Positions 41,866-51,662 of a DNA stretch of 64,000 nt are shown piece after piece. Both the position numbers and the translations under genes were made by a program. The stretch is from Andalucia godoyi And28 (Eukaryota > Protista > Jakobida), in assembly GCA_009859145.1 (NCBI GenBank), contig VRVR01000004.1, forward strand, positions 338,934 to 402,933, in the 5' to 3' direction. A model generated the notes under the pieces. That model was not told the origin of the DNA. It did no database searches and saw nothing but the letters and a program-made list of their open reading frames with translations. Numbering within the stretch: position 1 is the first letter of the stretch; every line of letters starts with the position of its first letter.

Positions 41866-43251
41866 CTATCTCGCCCCCCGAAGCTTGGAAACCAGCTGGG
41901 CTTGGAATGTCAATGGACTCATATTTCCATGCAACGGGATGAACGACTTGGAACGTGTCGGACTGGGTGACCTGAACGACTTTGCTTGCTCGGACACAAA
42001 GCTCTGCTCCGCAAGAATCGACCCCTTGCTGGCAGCCAATCCCTCCCCCAGTTTATGGGCAGCGAGTTCCGTACGGACCCTCGACGAAAACGTTTCCCTG
42101 TCTGGCGACTGCACTAATGCAATTGAATCCTCGTCTGCAATGGTTTCCTTCCGGCGATCCGAGAAAGCACTCGGTTTCGTCACTGCACGACCTTTCAGGG
42201 GGGGTGCATACACTTCTTTGGATTCCGAGCGTGCACTTCGGGACCCCGATCGACTCTTCGAAGCGCCAATTGTGGCACTCGCAGGCCTCAGTCTCTGTCC
42301 TTGTCCTTGTCCTTGTCCTTGCCCATGGCCCTTTTTTCCGTCTCGGGACTGCGACTTCTTGGGAACCAACGGAGAAGGATTCGATTTGAATGGACTCGAT
42401 GCAAACGCATCCTTGGACGGGTCATTGAAAAAGTATACGGATTCGCGAGCAAGCTGGCGCGGCCGCGCCTCCAATTCCGTTTGGCGTTCCGCGATTGACG
42501 CCTCCAAGTCATTGAATCGCAATGGAGGATCGTCGCTCTCCGTCCCCGAGGCTTCCGCGTGTCTACGATGATACTGATCGTGGTTCATGCGCTTGCTCGC
42601 ATGCATTGAGCGAGATCCTCCCAACATCCCTGACGAAGACCCGTTCAAAAACCGCGATGCATGCGAGTCCTTGGAAATAAAGGACAAACTGCTGATGTCA
42701 TCACGTGTCACATTGTTCTGAGCGTGTCTCTGCGATTGCCGTGAAATGGGAGCCCTACCTTCATCTCCATCCGCATCACCATAACCATAACCATCGTGAT
42801 GCATTGTCCGCTCATCAAATTTGAAGTTCTTCTTCGTGATTCCGCTGTGAGAACTCTTCAACCCCTCTGCGCCATGAGAAGAATGTGTGGAGTTCATCGA
42901 CGCAGACAGTGCAGACAGTGGCGAAACGGATGGTTGTGCAGATTTGGGTCGAGCAGTGGAGGCGTTGTTTCTGGATGTGTGCATTCTCTGTGAATTTCCC
43001 GGACCGGGGAGCGACGACGAAGACAACGACGAAGGCAATGACCTCTCAGAAGAACCAAGAAACCTGGACGTGTCGGCATCGTGGACTGCAGCCGGATAAA
43101 TCATTCTGGACACTTCCGAAGAAAGCTTTTCCGATGGCGAATTTCCATCGTGGATCTTTCGAATTCGTGCATTTTCAACTTTTTTTTTCCACTCTGAAAT
43201 CTCCAACAGATCCTGTGCTGCAAGGCTCTTGTATGCCACCGACTTGTCCAT
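41866..43251 (-). CDS. Hypothetical Ser/Arg-rich, likely disordered protein (461 aa)
   Basis: Long ATG-started ORF with low-complexity composition and a GQ repeat. No family recognised. Confidence 0.65.
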   Translation of the reverse strand: MDKSVAYKSLAAQDLLEISEWKKKVENARIRKIHDGNSPSEKLSSEVSRMIYPAAVHDADTSRFLGSSERSLPSSLSSSSLPGPGNSQRMHTSRNNASTARPKSAQPSVSPLSALSASMNSTHSSHGAEGLKSSHSGITKKNFKFDERTMHHDGYGYGDADGDEGRAPISRQSQRHAQNNVTRDDISSLSFISKDSHASRFLNGSSSGMLGGSRSMHASKRMNHDQYHRRHAEASGTESDDPPLRFNDLEASIAERQTELEARPRQLARESVYFFNDPSKDAFASSPFKSNPSPLVPKKSQSRDGKKGHGQGQGQGQGQRLRPASATIGASKSRSGSRSARSESKEVYAPPLKGRAVTKPSAFSDRRKETIADEDSIALVQSPDRETFSSRVRTELAAHKLGEGLAASKGSILAEQSFVSEQAKSFRSPSPTRSKSFIPLHGNMSPLTFQAQLVSKLRGAR

Positions 43252-43406
43252 ATCCGTCCCACAAACGCAAAATATACTGTTCTTTTTTTAACTTGAAAAA
43301 ATTGAACGGCTTTTTCATTTGGGCGGGAGGAGTGAATGAATAAGTAATCTCTGTATTTTTTTTTTTTTTATTACAGCCGCCAACCACTCCCCAAAAATTC
43401 ACGGCT

Positions 43407-44711
43407 TTACTCGTGTTTGCTGCGTTTGGCAGGCTGGAGGAACAGGATGGCCGCGACCAACGTTACTGCACCAGTAATGGTAAAGATGGTAGTGAACCAC
43501 GCTACAATGTTGTAATGTGTTTTCTGCCCGACTGGAACGAGCATTTGCACAGGCTGCTTGTCGATGACGTACAGCACTGCATTGGATTTCGAGATTCCGT
43601 CTGTGAAGAGCTCGACGAGCTTTGGTGCCGCAATCACTGCTTCTCGGAACTTTTGCGTTGCAGACGGTTCTTGATATCTTTGGTGAAACGGGATGGTCAC
43701 AGTGCGCTCAGTGCATACCTTTGCCTCGGCGCCACCAGCCGTCATCATGGGCAAAAACGCTAGGCGAAACACATGGCTCGGCGAAATCAGCGACGGGCGC
43801 TCAACATCCATCAGGCCCGAGACAAACTCCACTGTGAACAGCTCCGTTGTCGAAGAATCAGCATGATCATTTCCATTCTGATTGGCTCTGGTTCTGCTGG
43901 CGGCGGCGGCGGTGGTGGTTGTGGTGTCCAAGTTGTGCAGGAGATCAATACCATTTTGTATTTGTTGCTGCTGCTGCTGTTGATGGAACCTTACGATTTC
44001 TTCGATTTGGTACTGGTCAAGAAACAGTCTTTCGTCCAAGAAATACTCGAGGACGACTCTTGAGTTGCACAGATTCACATTCGGTGCGGAGGATATCGCC
44101 ACTTTGAGGTCACGGTGTGCTCCTTCTAACGCAACGGAGGCCCGATAACTAATCACTCGAGACGGATCAATCTCGTCGGACAGCAGTCTCTCAATCTCAA
44201 ACCCCGATCGTGACAAGTCAAATCGGACGACATCTGCGTGATCTGCGGCCCAGGCTGTTTGGTTTGACGCAATCTGTGCTTGCACGACTATCCGCGACGT
44301 AGTCTGCGATACCGGGACAATCGCAACATTTGAAACATGTTCAAATACGGTATATGGCCCAGCAACCTTTGAAAGATCGCGCTCCAAAACGGACATATGC
44401 GGCTTGTACACCGAATTCGGAGAATACACTGTATCGACGGCGTGAACACACGGAGCAGAATACGACAAGGTGACGAATCCTTGGCGAGTGACATAGCCAG
44501 ATTCAAAGCACGGTGAAAGAAGTGCTTCAGTTGTAGTTGTCTTTCCAGACACCGGTGTTGCAGCACTTGCAAATATATGAAAAGACGGTGCCCATAATGA
44601 TGCTGATAATGATCCTAATGATGATGGTAGTGATGACGGTGATAGAGGCGAAGAACAGGATAATACAGTTACAATAAACACAAAGGAACCCCAAAATCGC
44701 TTGCTCTGCAT
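43407..44711 (-). CDS. PIGX: GPI mannosyltransferase I subunit PIG-X/PBN1
   Basis: N-terminal hydrophobic segment, LFLDQYQI, DVERPS, TIPFHQRYQEPS, LVPVG, a C-terminal TM helix and a KxKxx-like ER tail (AKRSKHE). Confidence 0.8.
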   Translation of the reverse strand: MQSKRFWGSFVFIVTVLSCSSPLSPSSLPSSLGSLSASLWAPSFHIFASAATPVSGKTTTTEALLSPCFESGYVTRQGFVTLSYSAPCVHAVDTVYSPNSVYKPHMSVLERDLSKVAGPYTVFEHVSNVAIVPVSQTTSRIVVQAQIASNQTAWAADHADVVRFDLSRSGFEIERLLSDEIDPSRVISYRASVALEGAHRDLKVAISSAPNVNLCNSRVVLEYFLDERLFLDQYQIEEIVRFHQQQQQQQIQNGIDLLHNLDTTTTTAAAASRTRANQNGNDHADSSTTELFTVEFVSGLMDVERPSLISPSHVFRLAFLPMMTAGGAEAKVCTERTVTIPFHQRYQEPSATQKFREAVIAAPKLVELFTDGISKSNAVLYVIDKQPVQMLVPVGQKTHYNIVAWFTTIFTITGAVTLVAAILFLQPAKRSKHE

Positions 44712-45078
44712 TTTATGTGGACGACAATGTGCGCTCGTGTTGGAACGAAGAAACAAAAGCAAAACCGGACGGACCGACGATCTGCGGCTGCAATTCAGGA
44801 AAGAAATGCAAATTGCAACTTCTGAACCGTGAATCGATTGCCCCAACAAGCAAACACGAGGGAAATGACTGGATCAGCATGGTTGATGACTTGATGCTAC
44901 AGACTGGCTCTTCCAGCGCTTACTTGAAATTCGAGAAAACCCAGGTTGTTATTTGGATTCTTTTATTTTTTTAGTATTTTTTTTGTTTTGTGTGTATGTG
45001 TTGGTACGACTCACTGCTATTGCTGCTGTCCTGTTTGGCTCGTATTTCTGTAACAGTGTTGATCAGCTGCAAAGCGCG

Positions 45079-46360
45079 ATGATGGATTCCAGCATGCTTT
45101 CGTTTTCTTCAGCAGAAATGACGAACTTGTGTTCTTTGCGATGTGGAAAAATTAATGTGCATGGGACCTCAGCGCATGCAGACCCGCGCAAAGGCAGGCT
45201 TGTGGTCTTGTTCGGCCGTGAGGACCAAATGTTTCGAGTGCGGTGGTATGAGCGAAATGCCCCTGCATGCGAAGATGAGTACATTGTGTTTCCGACAGAA
45301 GCAGAGTTTCAAAGAGTTGCCAATGTCAAGGACGGACGTGTGTGGGACCTCAATTTTCACGGTGATCGCCATGTCTTGTTCTGGGTCCAGGAGCCTGCCT
45401 CGGAAAAGGACGAGGAAATCTTTGCTAAAATTAATGGATTCCTGTTGGGAAAGGTTTCTCCTCTTGTAGAACCGACTGCGCAAGCTTCAGGTACTGTCTT
45501 TTCATCATCTTCCTCTTCCTCTTCCTCTTCCTCTTCATCATCATCATCTTCTTCCTCCTCTTCTTCTTCCACTGTTTCACCAATTTCGATTTCTGTTGTG
45601 TCGCAGGCATCGGATACCAATACTGGAAACTCATTAGCTGCGCCACCGCCTCCTCGTTTTGTCCCGTCTCCGCCACCGCCTTCTGCAACCCCAGCTTCGA
45701 ATGTGACTCACTCTGGAGGTTCAGAAGATGCCACAGCGAACGCTCTGCAGCAGCAACTGATGAATTCGCTGCAGCAGGCATTGCAAGGATCGCAAAAAAC
45801 GAAAACGACTCCGTTGCGACTCCTGCAAGTATTTCGAGAGCTGGCGGCACGAAAAGATATTCTGAGTGCGTTGGAAAGGAACGGTCAGGTAAAAACGCAG
45901 TTGGAGCAGCACATTCCTGTAGGCGACTCGATTGGTGAAACCCTGCGGTCACACCATTTTCGGCGAGCTGTGGCAATGCTGGACGAGGCGCTGCGTGAAA
46001 ATCCAGTCGAAGTCATGGCGACCTTCGGTCTCCCAATTCCTCAAGACTTCTCCAAGTTTTCTTCAGGTTCGTTTTCCTCATCCTTTTCTCTAGTTTTTCG
46101 TGTGTGTTTTTCTCCCGTCCTTCCTCTTTCTTTCCTATTTTTGTTTTTGTCTTTTCCCTCTAGCCAAACTTTATAGTGAGAACAATTTTGCACTAATCAC
46201 TTTTTTCCCCTTTCTTTTCCCCCCTCCTCTACTTCGTTCCTTGTTGATTTTTCTGCGTATGCTAGGTGCCGATGCATTCTTGTCCGGAATGAAGAACGGT
46301 CCTGGTGGATCGGGCTCAGGTGCAGGGGGCGCATCCAGTATGGACATCGACAAGCCCTAG
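45079..46360 (+). CDS. ADRM1: 26S proteasome ubiquitin receptor Rpn13, 2 exons (45079-46066, 46266-46360)
   Basis: Pru domain (RCGK...ADPRKG...WYER...IVFPTEAEF...LFWVQEP), a Ser-rich linker, and DEUBAD (LRSHHFRRAVAMLDEAL). Phase-1 intron 46067-46265 (GTTCGT...TAG) gives ...SS-G-ADAFLSGMK. Confidence 0.9.
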
Positions 46361-47360
46361 AAAATGCACTGAGCGCTACTCCCATCTGCTGTGCAATCAC
46401 CAATTCACTTTTCATCCCGCCAAATTATTTCTGTCGCTCCCCGTCCAACGAGTGTTTTTAGATTTGGCCTTGGGCGATTGGTGAGTTTGCGCAATCACAA
46501 CGAAAATTTTCGACTCTTCATTTTTGAAGTTTGTACTGTGAACTGGTTGGTGACCGTCGTGGGATTAAACACGAGAAGCATAGGTTGGAGGGCAGTAATT
46601 CTATCGTCCCTCTCCACACACACACGATAGTCCTGTCGGTTTATTGTTGTTTTTTGCCAGCTTGGTAGCATCAGCAACGTCGTTTGTAGAATGGGAGTGC
46701 AATATGATTTCTGAACATAAAAAACCGAGTCCGAAGAGCCAGGTAAGCTTTTCAGAACTGTATTTTTCACGAAGCTCACTTGATCATCACTTTGCACATT
46801 TCTCCTGTCCGGCGGTTTCCTCAAATCGTGGCCACAGAGACATCACATCTTTGCTGTGCTCCACTCATTTGCTGCAATGGCCTTAAAGCAACGTCTGTAT
46901 GCCTTTTCTCCTCGTTGATGTCGGTACCCTCGCCTAACATCTCTGCCGTGCGATGCAGAACCATTGTCGCCACAGGTAATCACTGTCGGTCATCGGTCGT
47001 CAGGATTTCTCCACCTCTTCAAGAGCACAGATCCATTGTTTGCCGTTTGTGAATAAACACGTCCATCCTTGCAAGTCCGCATGCAACCGACCAATGAGTT
47101 TTGTAAGACCCTTCTTCGTGTTCTTTTTGTATTTTCCATTTCGAATTTGTATTGGGAATAATAAAACAATAGAAAAGCAAGTTTCGCTTGACGCTAGCGA
47201 TCAGGGAAAGTGGGACGATGGGGTTGTTGTCGTAAATTCATAGTGGCAGTAACGGTTTACTATTATTATTATATTATTATACTACTGTGTATTTTGAATT
47301 GACAAGTTCAACGAGATCATTCTGAGCGCTGCTGTTTAAAATATAGGACAGACTTAAGCC

Positions 47361-48557
47361 ATGGTCCAGCTTCCTCGTGCTCAGTTCCGGATTGCGTTTT
47401 TTGGAACAGACCGATTTTCCATGTACAGTCTGCACAAACTGCATGCAAATCTGCATGGACCATCGCAAAGCCGCATTGTGCGAGACTTGACAATCATCAC
47501 GCCGCCCGATGCGCCATCTCAACGTGGGCTGCAGCTTCGTCCGTGCCCCGTAAAGTCGTTCGCACTGGACCATTCCATTCCAGTCTTTCAACCCACGAAT
47601 CCAAAGACAATCCGCGATTGGAAACCGGAATTTCTGAGTGCTCCGCGACCAAACAGCATCACTTTGGATTCTTCAATTCAGACTACTGAACGCAGCAGTA
47701 ATCACGACGATGACAACCCTGATGGCGGTGGTGATGCTATTGGTGACCAGAACAAGAAGAAACAGGAACATAATACCAGAGGCCATGCATTTGATCTTGC
47801 TGTCGTGGTTTCATTTCGATATCTCATTCCGTATCACATCATTTCTGCATTCCGACTTGGCGGAATCAATGTCCATCCATCGCTGCTTCCGCAATTCAAA
47901 GGCCCTGCACCAATCCACCACACGATTCTTAATGGAGAATCCACAACCGGCGTCTCCATCATAGACTTGGATCCTGTCTCGTTTGATGTCGGGCGAGTGT
48001 TGGATCGGTGCGAGGTTCCAATTGAGAATCCCAAAGCAGTGCGATATCCGCTTTTGGAAGATCATCTGGGTCATCTGGGTGCAGATCGCATGATGTATGT
48101 TATTCAGAAGATGTCGGATCTCAATGCACGATTGCCGGGAAGCACCCAAGATGAGCTGCCGCAGCCCGTCAACATGGTCTTCGCTCGAAAGATCTCGAAA
48201 CAAATGCATCATTTGCAATTTTCCCAGCTGTCAGCTGTGGATGTCGATCGCAGGTTCCGAGCATTGGCTCATTCCCACGTGTTCGGTGTGCTCGACGGAA
48301 TCCGAGTCCGGTTACTGGACCTGGCGCCGTGTGAGGACTCGTCAGCGACTCAGATTCTCTCAGGAATCCCAGGCTCTGCCGTTTTTCACACCGATGCAAT
48401 TCTGGTTCGATGCACAGACGGTTCGGTGGTCGCTATCAAGGAACTGCAAATGGAAGGAAAGCGCGCTGTCTCTGCAAAGGATTTCTTCCACGGGTACCAA
48501 AACAAAATCAAGAGAGCGGGGGTGATGGACCAGTCTCGAATCATGGAATTCCAATAG
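47361..48557 (+). CDS. MTFMT: Methionyl-tRNA formyltransferase (mitochondrial type)
   Basis: RIAFFGT, VVVSF, GINVHPSLLPQFKGPAPIHHTILNG, TGVSII...FDVG, and C-terminal LQMEGKR. Confidence 0.93.
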   Translation: MVQLPRAQFRIAFFGTDRFSMYSLHKLHANLHGPSQSRIVRDLTIITPPDAPSQRGLQLRPCPVKSFALDHSIPVFQPTNPKTIRDWKPEFLSAPRPNSITLDSSIQTTERSSNHDDDNPDGGGDAIGDQNKKKQEHNTRGHAFDLAVVVSFRYLIPYHIISAFRLGGINVHPSLLPQFKGPAPIHHTILNGESTTGVSIIDLDPVSFDVGRVLDRCEVPIENPKAVRYPLLEDHLGHLGADRMMYVIQKMSDLNARLPGSTQDELPQPVNMVFARKISKQMHHLQFSQLSAVDVDRRFRALAHSHVFGVLDGIRVRLLDLAPCEDSSATQILSGIPGSAVFHTDAILVRCTDGSVVAIKELQMEGKRAVSAKDFFHGYQNKIKRAGVMDQSRIMEFQ

Positions 48558-48684
48558 ACCGCCTCAAAGTTTGAGATTGTTCTAATGCTCTTCTTCTTGC
48601 GTGACTGCTTCTGCCTTTCCCCGGGGCCCTCTTCTCTTCTTCAGATCAACGTTCTAGTTAGAACGGGCGGTGATTGCTGGTCAT

Positions 48685-49658
48685 TCAAGCTTTGAGAGAC
48701 GACTGCTTCGAGAATCTCTCTTCCTGTCGAAACCGTTCTGCAAGTCGAAAAGCGACATCGTTTTCAAAATGGACGCGAGTGATGGAAGAACTTTCGCGTG
48801 CAGAATCCGAGTCGTACCTCGTTGACAAACGATCTGCAACCGTCGGTAGAATGCGATCCAACTTCTGCGCTTCTTGGAGCCGCTTTCGCTTCTGCATCTC
48901 ATATTCTCGTTGTTTCCGTCGTTCGGTTTCGGGCTGGTAAGCCTTAATTTTGGACGCCAATCGATCTGCCACTCCTTGAGAATGCGCCAGAATGTCGTCA
49001 TATTCATCCTTCATAGCTTCTCGTTGGTACTCTTGCGTCGTTTTCACTCCTAGTTTCTCCCTTCGGGTGGATTCCGACATTTTGGTGCTCGATTTTGTGT
49101 TTCCACCACTGGATTTGGGACGACGAAAATGGAGTGATGTTGCTTTGGGTTTGCTGCGATTCGACAGCAGCTGCAACCGAGATTCCTTCTGCTGACTGAG
49201 CCTAATCTTTTCCAGTGCAGCCAGGACAGAGCAGTACCGCGTTGAATTAAACCGCCTTTGAGAAAGCAATTCTTCGCCATCAGTTTCAGGAACAAAGAAC
49301 GCACATCCACGATCTGTGGACCGAGAGTCTATGAAGCCGTTCTCAAGCCTTGATTCGAGATAGTCTCGGCGAATTCGGTTCACTGCATTTAACTGCTCCT
49401 TTTCATTCATGCGAATAAAGAGCTTTACTGGCATTTTTGAGTCGTGGGCTTCTCGATCGCTCATTTCCGTTAAAACGTTCTCTTTGCACTGCGATAATTT
49501 TTTGAACTTGCTATATACAATGCAAGACTGGCAGAGAGTTTTTCCCTGCAACGAACGAGCGCTTTGTTGGACGTACAATTCGTGCACAGGTCGATGGGGA
49601 CAAACTGCTCCAGAAGGGGTGGGGACTTTTCCACTACAGCAGATAGGTGGACATCCAT
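48685..49658 (-). CDS. Hypothetical protein with an N-terminal Cys cluster, split by an apparent frameshift at ~49539-49546
   Basis: ATG 49658 gives MDVHLSAVVEK...LCTNCTSNKALVRCRE. The long coiled-coil frame continues in the -1 frame (KTLCQSC...) to the stop at 48685. Confidence 0.5.
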
Positions 49659-49887
49659 TTGATCGCACGGCGAGAGGAAATATCGCGAGCGATCGCCACA
49701 CAACAGAGAGAGGGAAATCTCAGGTATTGCGAAGGAGATGTGGAAGTACGTTGTCATTTCAATGCTCGAAACTCAGCTATGGCTGCGAAACGAGAAAGAT
49801 GCGTGTTTCCAATGCTTTTGGCGCGAGCTTGGATGCTCAACCATCCCATCCCTAACACACACACATACACAAAAAGGCGCAGCTCTC

Positions 49888-50682
49888 TCAGCTGGTCGGT
49901 ACTGTGAAATCCGCAATGTCCAAGCCTCGCAAAACTGTTCCGAAAGGCCCAACGGTGCCGATTCCAAACGTTTGCACAGATATCGGGACCTGCTGGACAA
50001 GAGATTGGAATGCCGAGGAAAGAACAGCGTCGCCCATTCGCAGCGGATTGATTGAATCTGCGCTGACAGTGATGTGTGGATTAAATTGGTCAAACACGTT
50101 TGGAGACCCATATCGTCGTACATAGTCCGCCTTCTTCACTGCAACATCATGCGGAAGACTCCAGACCCAAGGCGGAACTGGCTGGTCCGGCACCACCAAG
50201 TCAACGGTGCGGTTCACGATCAGGTCCGACAGGTACTGCAGACAAGGTGGGTTGGTCACCGTCCAAAGAGTATAGGCACTTCCATTCACGCACGACGGCG
50301 TTGTTTCAAAGGTACAAGCATACCCAACGGGCAAGGAGGATGCAATCTGCCTGATTCTCCGGGAAAGCTCGGGCGCAGATCCCCCGAGGAAGTCCGTCAG
50401 ATACAGCGTCACATGCGGTTCTTCCACCGAAGAAAGGTTGATGCCAACAGTTGGATCGAGCATCCGCGACACGTTATTCAGCGAAATCGCAATCTGCGCA
50501 GCTCGACCCGATACTTTCACGTGGATGTTGTATGATACCGCAGCAGAACTGTCGGACTTTGCATCGCCGTCGGACTTGCCCACTAATGCCACCGACAATA
50601 AAATGACACCTATCGTGAAGAACAGCACAAAAAACGCTTTTGGCAGAAATTCGGTATCTACCCACTTGGAACTCGATTTCAT
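49888..50682 (-). CDS. Membrane-anchored 2H-phosphoesterase (2'-5' RNA ligase superfamily)
   Basis: Signal anchor (AFFVLFFTIGVILLSVALV) and two HxT motifs (EPHVTLY, NPHITV) about 105 aa apart. The poly-Tyr/poly-Cys N-terminus of the track ORF is a microsatellite. Confidence 0.8.
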   Translation of the reverse strand: MKSSSKWVDTEFLPKAFFVLFFTIGVILLSVALVGKSDGDAKSDSSAAVSYNIHVKVSGRAAQIAISLNNVSRMLDPTVGINLSSVEEPHVTLYLTDFLGGSAPELSRRIRQIASSLPVGYACTFETTPSCVNGSAYTLWTVTNPPCLQYLSDLIVNRTVDLVVPDQPVPPWVWSLPHDVAVKKADYVRRYGSPNVFDQFNPHITVSADSINPLRMGDAVLSSAFQSLVQQVPISVQTFGIGTVGPFGTVLRGLDIADFTVPTS

Positions 50683-50773
50683 GACGCCTAAACCGGGGAC
50701 CTTCAGTACTGTGCTGCCTTCGATTGCTTCGTGGACAGTGTGGAGAATGAAAACACACACACACAAACCTCTG

Positions 50774-50774
50774 C

Positions 50775-50813
<39 letters not shown>

Positions 50814-50833
50814 AATAATAATAATAATAATAA
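50774..50833. repeat. Compound (CAA)n(AAT)n microsatellite
   Basis: Directly visible. Confidence 0.95.
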
Positions 50834-51249
50834 ATAAAATTATACATGAGCACGTCGACGCAATTTCGTACGGCTGGTCACAAATCCAGAATTTCTTTCA
50901 TTGTTCACCCCTTATTCTGTCTATTGTTTTCCGTTTGTTTTCTATAATCGAACCCTCAAGCACCTTTCATCAAAGACAAACATTTCATGGCTCCAAAGAG
51001 GGATCTTCCCGAAAAGCTCAAAGCGGCCATGCCCGAAGATAGCAAGAACCAAAAGCCCCGTTGATTCCCTCTCGTCAGAGGCGGAGAGCAAGAAGCGATA
51101 GCCCTTTGATGCAGAGCAATCTGCATGGAAGAGTTGGTGCTCGCCCCCTCAATAAAAGCAAAACCTGTGGCTTGGATCTGTCTACGGTGAGAGCTTAGCC
51201 CGATGATCAATTATGCTTTCTTAAACTGCACACGAGGCCCGTTGTGGAT

Positions 51250-51480
51250 GGGCTTCAACAGCGTTTGTTGCACAAAGCACAGGCGCCCAGGGACTGTCAA
51301 AGTCAGGTCGTCATAGTCACGGAAGAATGCTCTTCCAAGACATGCGGACTGTGCGACCGCATGATGCACCCGTCACGTCGGTGGAAACAGGACTTTTACA
51401 TGTCCACGGTGCGTGCAGCATTTATCTTACGAACGCCGAAGTGCGTGTTGGGACATGTCCCAATTTCCCGGTACTGTAAC
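51250..51480 (+). mobile_element. Fanzor2/TnpB C-terminal relic
   Basis: QRLLHKAQ...VVIVTEECSSKTCGLCDRMMH, a frameshift, HVGGNRTFTCPRC, a deletion, then IYLTNAEVRVG. This is the RuvC-II Glu plus zinc ribbon of IS607 TnpB/Fanzor2. Confidence 0.82.
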
Positions 51481-51499
51481 GCCGTCCGAGTTGTAACAT

Positions 51500-51528
51500 T
51501 GATGATGATGATGATGATGATGATGATG
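51500..51528. repeat. (GAT)n microsatellite
   Basis: Directly visible. Confidence 0.9.
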
Positions 51529-51662
51529 CATCCTCAGCGATGGAGACGTACGATCGGCGTACAGTGTGGACGCAGTACTGCAGCACAGACGGAAGACTGG
51601 AGCGCACAGCGCACAGCGCACAGGACTGGAAGAGATGCTATCATTGTAGAGAATCTGAGACC

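Noticed and set aside
50683-50853. Poly-Tyr/poly-Cys N-terminus of the 321-aa track ORF
   Set aside because: Translation of a (CAA)n(AAT)n microsatellite; the real start is likely ATG 50682.
50950-51250. Possible upstream continuation of the second Fanzor relic (RPLNKSKTCG...)
   Set aside because: It could not be aligned confidently to RuvC-I or the bridge helix by eye, so it was left outside the feature.
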